Positions 48,912 through 59,248 of a stretch of 64,000 bases of DNA are shown in pieces; the first letter of the stretch is position 1; each line of letters starts with the position of its first letter. A program made the translations under genes and the position numbers. The notes under the pieces are model-generated. The model was given only the letters and a program-made list of their open reading frames with translations, was not told the DNA's origin and ran no database searches. Source of the stretch: a virus (lineage: Duplodnaviria > Caudoviricetes); the IMG/VR virus record IMGVR_UViG_3300020157_000005, positions 1,769-65,768 of that record; one strand, written 5' to 3'.

Positions 48912-49312
48912 TACACACAGTACAGATATCGAACACAACAGCACTAGTATATACAGTCATAGCAATACTCACAGTAGTATCAGCATATGTATATGGATGT
49001 AGTAGGACACGAAGGAAATCAGAGCAAGAAAGAAATGCTCTCCAGGAAATGATAGTGCAACATGGTCAATTGATACGGGACTGGCAAAGAAGATATGAAG
49101 AGGCCAAAAAAGCATGGGTAGATACATTCAGCAAGTACACAGCTCTCCAGCAAGAAATAGAATGTCACATACATGAAGTACATGAAGAAGCAGAAAAACC
49201 GCATGTAGTAACTACAGAAGGATACTGGGATAAGGAGAGTGAGTTCCTCAATGACGTATACAAGAAACCGACAGACGATACAGATCAAAGGATACCCGGG
49301 ACAGGGTGTTAG
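48908..49312 (+). CDS. Membrane protein (N-terminal TM + coiled coil)
   Basis: Hydrophobic N-terminus, heptad region. Confidence 0.6.
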   Translation: MIHTVQISNTTALVYTVIAILTVVSAYVYGCSRTRRKSEQERNALQEMIVQHGQLIRDWQRRYEEAKKAWVDTFSKYTALQQEIECHIHEVHEEAEKPHVVTTEGYWDKESEFLNDVYKKPTDDTDQRIPGTGC

Positions 49313-49350
49313 TAATACAATATAAGTTCACATAATAAATATCAACCAAA

Positions 49351-49797
49351 ATGAAGAAGTCAATCACAATGGGTGCAGTGCTATGTATAGCCGGAAGTAC
49401 CCTGGACATGTCAACAATACAGTCCGTTACACCAACAACACACAAGAAACCATCTGCAGAGGTAGTAAGTAACTACATAGCGGCAAGGTTCTATAACCCT
49501 CAAAAGAGCCAAAAGGACTGGGATAGGTCAGAAGCCAGGAAGCAGGAGATCATGTCCAATATCAGGTCAATAAGGTGCCAGATAAGGCATAAAGCAAACC
49601 TGTTACAGAGAGACCAGACAGCACACAAACTGTTGGAGACCATAGCATGTACCATGGAGAATAAGACCAGAAACAGGGACCATCAGTTACGTACAAAAAG
49701 GGCAAAGGAACTGCATGTACCAGCAAAGTATATAGCAGTAGATGTGCTCAGAACAAGGAAAGGAATGCCGGTAATAGATATGTCAACAATAATATAA
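49351..49797 (+). CDS. Basic hypothetical protein
   Basis: AAGTTCAC 27 nt upstream. Confidence 0.6.
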   Translation: MKKSITMGAVLCIAGSTLDMSTIQSVTPTTHKKPSAEVVSNYIAARFYNPQKSQKDWDRSEARKQEIMSNIRSIRCQIRHKANLLQRDQTAHKLLETIACTMENKTRNRDHQLRTKRAKELHVPAKYIAVDVLRTRKGMPVIDMSTII

Positions 49798-49852
49798 TTC
49801 ATAACCCAACCATATTCAGAGTACCAGGTACAGTTATCTGGTCTCTGTATGT

Positions 49853-50095
49853 ATGGTTATAAAAGTAACAAATAATATGAAACACGTTTGGATAAGGAAT
49901 GGCAAGTTGCAGTTAGTGTTAGTACCTACAGATACTGTAGAGATATCACTATTCGAGGAACTATCACAAGCACCTGTAGATATGACCCATCACAGAACAC
50001 TGCAGGTAGGGTTAGAAGCGGTAAATGACTGTGTAGTAATCACACATATACCGGTACAGAAAACAACAATAGACAAACAACCAGAACAGCAATAG
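49853..50095 (+). CDS. Hypothetical protein
   Basis: In-strand ORF; the start may be the downstream MKHVW. Confidence 0.5.
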   Translation: MVIKVTNNMKHVWIRNGKLQLVLVPTDTVEISLFEELSQAPVDMTHHRTLQVGLEAVNDCVVITHIPVQKTTIDKQPEQQ

Positions 50096-50099
50096 AGAT

Positions 50100-51425
50100 A
50101 TGGAAAATACAACAGGTAAGCAGTGGTTACTCATAGAAAACAAGGGTGAGATCGATATCAATGCATTGATACTGATGGGAGGTAGTACTAAAAGAGATAG
50201 CGCATCAGCTATAGGGTACTTCGGATCAGGTAACAAGTATACAATAGCATTGTTCATGAAGTCCGGTATAGGGTTCCGAATATACAGTGGTGGCCTGGAA
50301 CTAGTTGTAAGTACAAAAGATGTAAAGTTCCGGGATAAAGAGTTCCAACAAATACTGATCAATGGTCAGGAAACATCACTCACTACAGATATGGGTCCAC
50401 AGTGGGATACATGGATGGGTATACGGGAATGGGTTAGTAATAGTATAGATGAAGGTGAGAGTAATATAGTATCGTGTACAGAAAATCTGCAGACAAGAGA
50501 AGGTTACACCCGCATCTATGTAGAACATCATGAAGAGATAGAAAGTGTTATACAGAACTGGGATAAGTACTTTGCATTCGATAGGTGTGATGATATAGTA
50601 AACATACCACAGGGCAAAGTGTTCCCACAAATGGATACACAGAAGGAATCGTTACTACTCTACAGGAAAGGTATACAGTGCTACCATATGTCAGCACAGA
50701 AGGCACTATATAGCTACGATCTCCCTGCATATAAGATAAATGAATCCAGAGTAGTGTCAGACTCCTATGGAGCTAAAGATGATACATGTAAGTTCCTGTG
50801 TAAATATGCTACAGAGGATATAGCAGAGAGTATACTGTCAAATGCCTTTGCTGGTGATAACAAATACTGGGAAGGTGGGATGGAGTGGTACTACTATGGT
50901 AGTAACAGACTGTCACAGGAATGGAGAAAAGCTATAGGTGATCGGATAATAGTAAACAATGATGCATCAGGGTTCTACATGAAGGAAATGTCAGAACATA
51001 AGTACTACAGAGTCTCCCGAGAAATGGCAAAAGCTATCAAAGGATCATTCGAAGATGTAACAGTCTATGGTATAGGTCAGGATAGTAGCGGAGGGTTGAA
51101 CTGGAGAAATGTAGAGGAGACCCCAAAGATGCAATATATGTTGAAGAGGGCTAAAGGTTTCTGTGAAGAAACACAATACGCAGTCAACTATCCCATACAA
51201 GTAGTAGAGTTCGATAAGAATGATACACTGGGATGTGCTCATGACAATACCATATACATAGCAGCTAAAACATTCGATAAAGGAATGAAAGAGGTTGTAA
51301 TGACAATAATGGAAGAGAATGAGCACCTACGTACAGGTTATGAAGATGAGAGTAGATCATTGCAGACACATCTGTTCCAATGCTGGTTAACGGAAAAAGA
51401 AGAGCGTTATGGGGTGTTCCTATAA
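50100..51425 (+). CDS. GHKL (HATPase/Hsp90-like) ATPase-family protein
   Basis: IENKG, GGSTKR, IGYFGSGNKY G-boxes; IREWVSNSIDE N-box-like motif; C-terminal degenerate zincin-like EENEH. Confidence 0.7.
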   Translation: MENTTGKQWLLIENKGEIDINALILMGGSTKRDSASAIGYFGSGNKYTIALFMKSGIGFRIYSGGLELVVSTKDVKFRDKEFQQILINGQETSLTTDMGPQWDTWMGIREWVSNSIDEGESNIVSCTENLQTREGYTRIYVEHHEEIESVIQNWDKYFAFDRCDDIVNIPQGKVFPQMDTQKESLLLYRKGIQCYHMSAQKALYSYDLPAYKINESRVVSDSYGAKDDTCKFLCKYATEDIAESILSNAFAGDNKYWEGGMEWYYYGSNRLSQEWRKAIGDRIIVNNDASGFYMKEMSEHKYYRVSREMAKAIKGSFEDVTVYGIGQDSSGGLNWRNVEETPKMQYMLKRAKGFCEETQYAVNYPIQVVEFDKNDTLGCAHDNTIYIAAKTFDKGMKEVVMTIMEENEHLRTGYEDESRSLQTHLFQCWLTEKEERYGVFL

Positions 51426-51455
51426 CAATAACAAAAGAGAGGAGGAATAAAAGGT

Positions 51456-53423
51456 ATGGTATGCACAATAGGCTATGATGACAATGAATATGAACAAGTT
51501 ACTGTAATCACCTGTCTGGAGTACTTCGAAGATCATGAATGGATAGAACTGGATACTGAAACCACAGGACTCTCGTTCATCAATAATGATCTGAAGTGCT
51601 TCCAGTTAGGTGATGCAAAGAATCAATATGTAATCCATCCAAGACTCCTACAGCAATTCAAGCAGTTGTTAGAGACAAAGGGGCTGATAGCGCATAATAT
51701 GAAGTTCGATGTGAAGTTCCTGTATAAGGCTGGCATCTACCCTATTCGTGTATACGATACCTATATAGCAGAATGTGTGCTGAACTGTGGTAATAAATTC
51801 CATAGAAAAGCACTAAATGTTGTAGCTAAGAAACGGTTAGATGTAGATCTCGATAAATCTATACGAAAAGGTATAGAGAAGAAGGAAATGCAGGGTGAGG
51901 TGATACAGTATGCAGCAGATGATGTAAGGTATCTACACGATATCCGGGAACACCAGTTGAAGGAAGCTAAGGAAAAAGATCTCATAAGATGCATCAATCT
52001 GGAGAATGACTATGTATTGATACTAGCATATATAGAGTTCTGTGGTATCAAGCTGGATGTAGGTAAGTGGAAACAGAAGATGGAGAGTGATAAGAAACTG
52101 CTATCAGATGCCAGGAAGGTGATGGACCAGTTGATATTCTCACAGGATATGAAAAAGTATATCAACTACCAGATGGATATGTTCAATCCAGAGCTTACTA
52201 CAAGGATCAATTGGGACTCTCCAGCACAGGTTATCAAGCTCTTCACAGAGTTGGGTATAGATTGTTGGGAAACAGTAAAAGGAGTCAAGAAGCAATCCGC
52301 AAGTGCTAAAAGCATAGAGAAGTACCAAGATAAGTTCCCGTTCATCAAAGACTACCTACACTATAAGGAACTGCAGAAGGTAGATGGTACATATGGGCAG
52401 AGTTTCCTGAATCAGGTGCACCCAGTTACCGGTAGGATATATACACAGTTCACCCAAATAATGGACACTGGTAGAACAAGCTGTGGAGGAAAGAATAAGG
52501 AAACCGGTGAAGAGTACATCAATCTGCAGAATCTACCAAACAATCAGCAGACCCGAAACTGTTTCGTATCAGATATAGGTAACAGTATAGTAGATGCTGA
52601 CTACAGTAGTATGGAAATAGTAGTGCTCACGAATAAGTCATTGGAACCAGGTCTGTTAGAGTTCTTCGATAATGGGTTCACAGACTTCCACAGCTATAAT
52701 GCACTGAAGATATATCCGGAATTGAAAGGAAAAACACCAGATGATGTAAAGAAGAACCACAATGATCTCCGGCAGAATGCAAAAGTAGGAGGGTTCACAG
52801 TATCCTTCGGTGGGGTAGGCAAGACAGTAGCAGACAACCTGAAGATACCATTAGAAGAAGGTGATAGGTTCTATAAACTCTACTTCGAAGCATTTACAGG
52901 GCTCAAAGCACATTACAAGAAGTGTGAGGACCAGGCACTTAGAGATGGATATATACTGATAGATGAAAGGAATAAGAGGAAGTCATACATCCACAATCAT
53001 GCCAGGTATAAGGAATTGAGTAAAGAGATAGATAAGAACTTTTGGGAAAAGTATCGAATGATGAAAGAGGTAGATCCAGGGGATTACCACTTCCTCTTGA
53101 TGAAGGAGAAAGTTCGTGAGTACTTCAGTATCAAAGGAGAAATCAGTAGGAAGTCATTCAACTTCCCAATACAGGGCCAAGCAAGTTCAATCTCTAAAAT
53201 AGCTGGAATATATATAATGAAATGGATAAGGGATAATCAATTACTTGGTAAAGTGTTGATAATCAATTTTGTACATGATCAGTATTTGATAGAATGCCCT
53301 GAAGAGATGGAACAGGTAGTGAAAGTAGCACTGGTGAAAGCTATGGAAGATGCAGGAGCTCTCTATCATACACGGGTTCCATTGAGAGCATCTGCAGAGT
53401 TAGGAAAATGTTGGTCGCATTAA
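51456..53423 (+). CDS. polA: Family A DNA polymerase with 3'-5' exonuclease
   Basis: ExoI LDTETTG, ExoII HNMKFD, ExoIII YAADD; motif A DADYSSME, motif B RQNAK...F, NFPIQG, motif C VHDQ. Confidence 0.95.
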   Translation: MVCTIGYDDNEYEQVTVITCLEYFEDHEWIELDTETTGLSFINNDLKCFQLGDAKNQYVIHPRLLQQFKQLLETKGLIAHNMKFDVKFLYKAGIYPIRVYDTYIAECVLNCGNKFHRKALNVVAKKRLDVDLDKSIRKGIEKKEMQGEVIQYAADDVRYLHDIREHQLKEAKEKDLIRCINLENDYVLILAYIEFCGIKLDVGKWKQKMESDKKLLSDARKVMDQLIFSQDMKKYINYQMDMFNPELTTRINWDSPAQVIKLFTELGIDCWETVKGVKKQSASAKSIEKYQDKFPFIKDYLHYKELQKVDGTYGQSFLNQVHPVTGRIYTQFTQIMDTGRTSCGGKNKETGEEYINLQNLPNNQQTRNCFVSDIGNSIVDADYSSMEIVVLTNKSLEPGLLEFFDNGFTDFHSYNALKIYPELKGKTPDDVKKNHNDLRQNAKVGGFTVSFGGVGKTVADNLKIPLEEGDRFYKLYFEAFTGLKAHYKKCEDQALRDGYILIDERNKRKSYIHNHARYKELSKEIDKNFWEKYRMMKEVDPGDYHFLLMKEKVREYFSIKGEISRKSFNFPIQGQASSISKIAGIYIMKWIRDNQLLGKVLIINFVHDQYLIECPEEMEQVVKVALVKAMEDAGALYHTRVPLRASAELGKCWSH

Positions 53424-53453
53424 ACAAATTGATAACAAATAAACAACAAAGTT

Positions 53454-54203
53454 ATGGCAAAGGTGTTAGTACAATTTACAAAGAACTACGATATGTTCGA
53501 ACTAATGGAAGACAATCGTGATGTAAAAGATGAAAGGCATATAAGAGAATTAATGGGATCTATGGAACGTAATGGATTCCTACAGAGTAAGGCAATATCA
53601 GTAAAAAATAATGGAAGCAAATATATAGTACTAGACGGTCAACATAGGTTAGAGGCAGCTAAGAGGTTGGAAATAGCTGTATGGTACAATATAGATGATG
53701 ATATACCGGAAGCAGCCCTACCTGATCTGCAGATAGCTAAAAAGTGGTTACCGAAGGACTATCTAAAGCACTTTGTAGTAAATGGTGTGAAGAATTATAT
53801 AAAGTTACAGGAGATAGCAGAGGTATGCCCTAAAGTGAGTATGACAACTATTGCATTGTTGTTGGAAGGGTCTTCACAAGGTGATGGTACAAATATTCGG
53901 TTCCGTACAGGTACACTGAAGATCACACACTTGGAAAAAGCGATGAAGACATTACAGTATGCTAATGAGATATACAGCCTATATAAGTATGAATGGTTAT
54001 ATGGTAGAACATTCCTATGTGCATTCATGAAGATCATATATACAGACGGGTATAAACAAAAAACACTGCTAGAAAAACTGAAGTACCGCAGTGAAGAGTT
54101 CCGACAAATGCTAACTAAAGAAGGGTATGTAAAGTTGTTCAATGATATATACAACTACAAGACACAAGTACATAACCGGGTGAAATTCGAGTACGGAGAA
54201 TAA
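53454..54203 (+). CDS. ParB/Srx-like N-terminal domain protein
   Basis: DNRDV...LMGSM...VLDGQHRLEAAKRL. Confidence 0.8.
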   Translation: MAKVLVQFTKNYDMFELMEDNRDVKDERHIRELMGSMERNGFLQSKAISVKNNGSKYIVLDGQHRLEAAKRLEIAVWYNIDDDIPEAALPDLQIAKKWLPKDYLKHFVVNGVKNYIKLQEIAEVCPKVSMTTIALLLEGSSQGDGTNIRFRTGTLKITHLEKAMKTLQYANEIYSLYKYEWLYGRTFLCAFMKIIYTDGYKQKTLLEKLKYRSEEFRQMLTKEGYVKLFNDIYNYKTQVHNRVKFEYGE

Positions 54204-54224
54204 CAACAGAATAACAGAGAGGAA

Positions 54225-54259
54225 CTTGTAGGGTATGGCTAAATGTTGTACCTTACAAG
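54225..54259 (+). other. Long intergenic hairpin
   Basis: 15-bp stem CUUGUAGGGUAUGGC/GUUGUACCUUACAAG with G-U pairs. Confidence 0.55.
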
Positions 54260-54282
54260 CCCTCCCGATAAATCAACAGAAA

Positions 54283-54612
54283 ATGGAAGTACTATGCAAC
54301 AATGGAGTATTCTCTCCACAGCAGATGGAACTGTTTAATAGATATGGAATACAGGTACCGGTAGAGAACAATATATACAACATACGTGATGTAATCAAAC
54401 CAAGTGGAAAAGCTGGTACAGGGTTGTTGCTGGAAGAGTTAGTTAATCCATTGATACCTCTAATGCACCCAATACTAGGTAAAAAAGTGCCAATGGAGCC
54501 TAACTGGAAAATCGAGAGGTTCAGCACACTATCAGAAGAACCACTCAGCAGAGAAGATATAGAGAGCATCAAGCAAGAAACCACAGTAAAACAGATAGAG
54601 CCATGCAAGTAA
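54283..54612 (+). CDS. Hypothetical protein (start MEVLCN)
   Basis: GLLLEELVNP...EP.W..ERF motif; in-strand. Confidence 0.6.
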   Translation: MEVLCNNGVFSPQQMELFNRYGIQVPVENNIYNIRDVIKPSGKAGTGLLLEELVNPLIPLMHPILGKKVPMEPNWKIERFSTLSEEPLSREDIESIKQETTVKQIEPCK

Positions 54613-55145
54613 CATCAAAAGAATGGCAGGATGTAATGACTTATATCCAAAAGAAACTGCTGGATCAAATAGGTAACGGTGATAGTATTTCACGTATTAC
54701 GGTTATAGGAGTACTGCAGGATATTACAGCAGAACAATACTCAGCAGATACAAATGTAGTACGTGGAAAAAGGAAACCAGTACAAATAGATAATGAATAT
54801 GACCAGAGCTGGAGACTCTTTTGGAACACATGGCCAAGTACAAAATCAGTTCCGGGTACTCAGTATAGAAGTGGTGCCAAGATGAAGGGAAACGAGCAAG
54901 GAATGTACAAGAAGTGGTTAGCTGCTGTAGTATCAGATATATCGGTAGAGAGAATGCAATATGCAGCAGAATGTTATCTACAGTGGGCATATACAGAAAG
55001 TATTAGTAAAGGCAGAAATGAGCTCGAATATAGAAATGCAATGGAACCTTGGCTGAATCAGTCATTGTACCTGAACTATGCAGATGTACCTATGCCTCCA
55101 GTAACAAAGCAACAAATACAATACCAGAATTCCACAGATCAATGA
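54603..55145 (+). CDS. Replication initiator/helicase-loader-like protein
   Basis: FWNTWP...WLNQ pattern of phage replisome-organizer C-termini; overlaps the helicase start. Confidence 0.5.
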   Translation: MQVTSKEWQDVMTYIQKKLLDQIGNGDSISRITVIGVLQDITAEQYSADTNVVRGKRKPVQIDNEYDQSWRLFWNTWPSTKSVPGTQYRSGAKMKGNEQGMYKKWLAAVVSDISVERMQYAAECYLQWAYTESISKGRNELEYRNAMEPWLNQSLYLNYADVPMPPVTKQQIQYQNSTDQ

Positions 55146-56305
55146 GTAGCAACTACAAGAAACTGAAAGCAGAGGTAGAGAAAGGTATCACAGGTAAGAA
55201 CCAAGGTATACCACTATCACTGAAGAAGATGGGTAAGTATCTCTCTATCAGACAGGCTGTGTACACGCTATTGGGGGGTAACTCAGGTACCGGTAAAACT
55301 GCATATGCTGATAGTGTGTATGTACTGGAACCTTATATGTGGTATCTGCAGAACAAGGATAATACACATCTTAATGTAGAGTGGGTATATAGATCAATGG
55401 AAAGACCCTTACTACAGAAGTTAGCCAAGTGGTCGTGCTACAAGATATGGAGAGATGATGGTATACTGATAACACCTGCAAAGTTAATGGGTTGGACAGA
55501 AGACAAGCTCACAGAACAAGAAAAGTACCTGTTTGATAAATGTGAGGAGTTCTTCGAGACTATGCAGGATAGCAAGATCATCACAATCATAGAAGGACAG
55601 GATAACCCACGAGGTATCTGGAAGCAGTTAGAGGAATATGCATTAGCCAGGGGAAAATACGAACAGAAAAGTGAGTATGAGAAAATATATCACCCAAACA
55701 ATCCAGATCTGATAGTAGTACCGGTTATAGACCATGCTGGTAAATGCAAGATGGAGACTGTAGATGGTATCAAGAGCAGAAAAGGAACTACAGATAAGTT
55801 GAGCGAGTACATGTCTATATGCAGAGATCTGTTTAAGATGAGTCCTGTAGTTATTAGTCAATTTAACAGATCTATCAAATCAGAGATATTCAGTAAACAA
55901 TCAGATCCGGAACCTACCATGGATTCGTTCAAAGAGACAGGTAATTTGTATGAAGATTGTGATGTAGCTCTCAGTCTGTTTAACCCATACAAGTTCAAAG
56001 TAATGGATCATATGGGATATGACATACCAAAGATGGTAGATAACAAGACAGGTGCCAACTACTTCCGTTCACTGAAGATGATCAAGAACCAGGGAGAAGA
56101 TGACATAAGATGGGCATTAGCATTCAATGGGGCTATTGGCCAATGGATCGATTTACCTAGAGCTAGTGAAATTAACGAAAATGTATATGACAAGGTAAAA
56201 AGCCTAGAATGGTTCATGATAGATAAACCTGAATTTCAAAAGTCTTTTGCAGGTTTTGGTAGGACACATATAGATGAACAAATCAAACAAGCAGTAACAG
56301 AATGA
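55142..56305 (+). CDS. dnaB: DnaB-like (SF4) replicative helicase (start MSSNYK)
   Basis: GGNSGTGKT, SME, VIDH, ISQFNR, FKETGNLYEDCD, IKN. Confidence 0.85.
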   Translation: MSSNYKKLKAEVEKGITGKNQGIPLSLKKMGKYLSIRQAVYTLLGGNSGTGKTAYADSVYVLEPYMWYLQNKDNTHLNVEWVYRSMERPLLQKLAKWSCYKIWRDDGILITPAKLMGWTEDKLTEQEKYLFDKCEEFFETMQDSKIITIIEGQDNPRGIWKQLEEYALARGKYEQKSEYEKIYHPNNPDLIVVPVIDHAGKCKMETVDGIKSRKGTTDKLSEYMSICRDLFKMSPVVISQFNRSIKSEIFSKQSDPEPTMDSFKETGNLYEDCDVALSLFNPYKFKVMDHMGYDIPKMVDNKTGANYFRSLKMIKNQGEDDIRWALAFNGAIGQWIDLPRASEINENVYDKVKSLEWFMIDKPEFQKSFAGFGRTHIDEQIKQAVTE

Positions 56306-56565
56306 CAGCAGAAATAGATAGTGTATGGAACTTCATAGAGAAATATTACCCAGATTACTCCAGTAGCAATGAAATAGCAACAGCTAATGATATAGATCAG
56401 ATACTGACAGAACCAGATAATGAATGGAGTGAAGGGGCAACTCGGATATGGGAAGGATATGAGAGTGATCTGGCAGCAATTGCAATACTGCAGGATGAAG
56501 TGATGTGCTGTGTATACAAGAAAGCTATACAAGGATACATAGACAGTAAAACAGAGCAGATATGA
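56302..56565 (+). CDS. Hypothetical protein
   Basis: Coupled in-strand ORF. Confidence 0.55.
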   Translation: MTAEIDSVWNFIEKYYPDYSSSNEIATANDIDQILTEPDNEWSEGATRIWEGYESDLAAIAILQDEVMCCVYKKAIQGYIDSKTEQI

Positions 56566-56768
56566 CAGAACAAGAAATAGAAGCAGCCTGTTGGGCTCAT
56601 ATACAGCAAGCAGAGAACTGGATGACTCCCGAACTCTCTGATGGGTACAACGAGAATGAGGTATATAGAGCATGGAAAGCCGGATACAAAGCTGCACAGG
56701 AAGAGTATGAGCTAGATGCAGAACGATGGAAAACATTCATAGCCATTACAGACAAGAAGAACAAGTAA
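56562..56768 (+). CDS. Hypothetical protein
   Basis: Coupled in-strand ORF. Confidence 0.55.
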   Translation: MTEQEIEAACWAHIQQAENWMTPELSDGYNENEVYRAWKAGYKAAQEEYELDAERWKTFIAITDKKNK

Positions 56769-56785
56769 CCAATAGAACACAACAT

Positions 56786-57619
56786 ATGGAAGAAGACAAG
56801 AAGAAAGGTATAGTGTTACCTACAGCACCAAGGAAAGCAACTGCAGTGAATGCAAGGTCAATGACCCTATATGGGAAGAGTAAAGTAGGGAAGACCACTG
56901 CATTGTCAGCTCTCCAGAATTGCCTTATTATTGACACAGAAAATGGAAGTGCCTTCATCAACGGTATAGTGATGCAGGTACCAGAGACACTAGGACCAGT
57001 AGGAAGGTTCAAGTGGTTGAAAGAACTGGCAGCAGAGATCAAAGCACAGGGTAGGCCATATGACTATGTAGCCATAGATACATTCAGCCAGTTGGACATA
57101 GACAGCGAATGGGTAGGTACCTGGAACTACATGAACAGTGTAGCCGGTAAGAACTTCAACCGAGTATGTGATGCAGATGGGAAAGTGATCAAAGATCCCA
57201 TCACACAGAAGACCACAATGCTGAAACCTACAGATCAGGAGTATGAAAGTGTATTGACCCTTGGGCAGGGTTACGGCTACAGGTATTCTAGGGATGCCAT
57301 CATGGATATATTCAACACACTGAAGGATCTAGGCAAGATATGTACGATATTCGTGTGCCATGTAGCAGATAAAATGATAGCAGAGAAGAATGGTGAACAG
57401 GTAATGATCAAAGATCTCGCCCTCACAGGAAAAGTCAGGGACATGATCCCTAGGCTCTGTGATGCCATAGGTAATGTGTGGAATGAGAACGGGAAGATGA
57501 TGGTGTCATTCGTAGGTAATAGTGACAAGATAGGTGGTATGAGAGCTACTCATCTGTTAGGATATACAGGAGAATTAGACTGGAGCAAGGTGTTCATTAA
57601 AGAAGAAACAAATAAATAA
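56786..57619 (+). CDS. AAA_24/Sak4-like P-loop ATPase (start MEEDKK)
   Basis: LYGKSKVGKTT, IIDTENG, VAIDT, GYGY, CDAIG. Confidence 0.8.
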   Translation: MEEDKKKGIVLPTAPRKATAVNARSMTLYGKSKVGKTTALSALQNCLIIDTENGSAFINGIVMQVPETLGPVGRFKWLKELAAEIKAQGRPYDYVAIDTFSQLDIDSEWVGTWNYMNSVAGKNFNRVCDADGKVIKDPITQKTTMLKPTDQEYESVLTLGQGYGYRYSRDAIMDIFNTLKDLGKICTIFVCHVADKMIAEKNGEQVMIKDLALTGKVRDMIPRLCDAIGNVWNENGKMMVSFVGNSDKIGGMRATHLLGYTGELDWSKVFIKEETNK

Positions 57620-57646
57620 CAACTAAACAAATAAAAAACAACGACA

Positions 57647-58603
57647 ATGGTCATTAAGCCGAGTGAAAGAAAACCAGGTACAGGTACATCAGAGAAATTG
57701 ATAGGTATCTTCAAAGGAGAGTTAGTGAAGGTGAATCCGACACTACAGGAAAAGAAAGAAATGTATGGATGGGCTGATAAAGCCGATGAAAAAGAAATCG
57801 CATACACTGGGGAAAAGGATGGTAAAGACTGGTCCCGTCTCTGCTTCGTGTTCTTAGATGAAATAACGAAAAAGTATGTGGAATATGGGTTGTTCATCAG
57901 TGATGAGTTGGCAGAGTTCGAGAAAGATGGTATAACAAAAAAATGGTATGTGAACCAATGGGGCCAGACACAACTGGTGGATGATGAAAAGAACCTGTTC
58001 AAGTCGTTCACCCATATACAGAAACAGAATGAAGATACAAAGGAGTGGGAAGATGTGATCGGAGAGAATGGAGAACCGGTGAAACTGATATATCGTCAGG
58101 CACATAAAGGTGAGACAGCGTTATACAGTCTGTTGAGGAACCTGGTAACACAGTCATGGTTCGAAGCAGATGCTGATACATCGTTATTCATTAAGCCTCA
58201 GCATTTAATGAGAGGTGCTGTTAAGGATATCACATCACTGATAGGTACAGACAGTTTCCAACCGGTAGTAGGTATGGTGTATGTAGAAGCCAAGGATACA
58301 GACAATGGTGTGCAGTATACAAACAACTGTGTAGATGGTGCATGGATGCCAGGATGGAAGATCAAGGATGCTAATATCAACAGTGCAAGTAACAGTTGGA
58401 GTAAGTTCGAGATAGCTCCTAAAGGTAAAGGTAGCTATAAACTGAAGGATATGTACAACTATTATCAATCGGTAAAGCGTTGTAAATATATGTGGGAACT
58501 ACAACCACTACATGTGTTCCAAGCTGACAAGTTCCAAGCCGCAGGTAACCAAACATTCGTACCAGCAGAGAATACAACAGAAGTAACTAACCTCGACTAC
58601 TAA
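57647..58603 (+). CDS. Putative single-stranded DNA-binding protein
   Basis: Follows the AAA/Sak4-like gene as in crAss-like phages; VNPT and YVNQWGQT motifs; acidic-aromatic C-terminus. Confidence 0.5.
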   Translation: MVIKPSERKPGTGTSEKLIGIFKGELVKVNPTLQEKKEMYGWADKADEKEIAYTGEKDGKDWSRLCFVFLDEITKKYVEYGLFISDELAEFEKDGITKKWYVNQWGQTQLVDDEKNLFKSFTHIQKQNEDTKEWEDVIGENGEPVKLIYRQAHKGETALYSLLRNLVTQSWFEADADTSLFIKPQHLMRGAVKDITSLIGTDSFQPVVGMVYVEAKDTDNGVQYTNNCVDGAWMPGWKIKDANINSASNSWSKFEIAPKGKGSYKLKDMYNYYQSVKRCKYMWELQPLHVFQADKFQAAGNQTFVPAENTTEVTNLDY

Positions 58604-58627
58604 ACAAATAAAACAACAGATAGAAAT

Positions 58628-59248
58628 ATGCGCAATAAAATAGAGTATGTAGGTTACAGTAAGAATGTGATAGATAATGTGACCAGTAATGTAGTACTGC
58701 ATGGTGATGATATCAATGAAGAAGTATTACAAAAAGTTTGTAATCTCTGGAGTACTGGTAAAGAATTGAAAGTGATAGTGAGCTACCTGGACCGAGAGAA
58801 CAAGTGTACTGGTGAGGAGGGTGAATATATAGTAGAGCAGTTAGAGGTGTATGAGAAGAGCCTGAAAGATGCACCAATGACAAAGACGGAAGTAGCAGAG
58901 ACACTCACAGCAATGGTAAATAGTGCACCTGTAATACGTGAAGTACCTAGTACAAACATAGCAGCTATTCTACCAGGGTTTGCAACAGAACCTGGTACAC
59001 CTGCACCTATAGAGAAAAAAGGTAGAAAACAAACACCTGCAGTAAGAACAACAGGTAAGGTAGATGCAAAGTCTCTGATAGAGAAAATGCAGGAACAGAT
59101 AGAGTTGATCCGGTACATAGACAGTACAGTGGATATGGATAATGAACCAGGGCAGTTATCGAAGGCTGCTAGGGATATACTCATCCAGTATCGGAAAGAT
59201 GTAGACAAAGCCAAGGAAACAGCAGTACAATCAATACAACAGCTATGA
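58628..59248 (+). CDS. Hypothetical protein
   Basis: 206-aa in-strand ORF. Confidence 0.6.
   Translation: MRNKIEYVGYSKNVIDNVTSNVVLHGDDINEEVLQKVCNLWSTGKELKVIVSYLDRENKCTGEEGEYIVEQLEVYEKSLKDAPMTKTEVAETLTAMVNSAPVIREVPSTNIAAILPGFATEPGTPAPIEKKGRKQTPAVRTTGKVDAKSLIEKMQEQIELIRYIDSTVDMDNEPGQLSKAARDILIQYRKDVDKAKETAVQSIQQL

Noticed and set aside
52770-53290. PolA deviations (motif B ending SFG rather than YG; motif C HDQ) as a sign of modified-base replication
   Set aside because: Catalytic Asp, Arg and Lys are intact and such substitutions occur among phage PolA; not enough evidence alone
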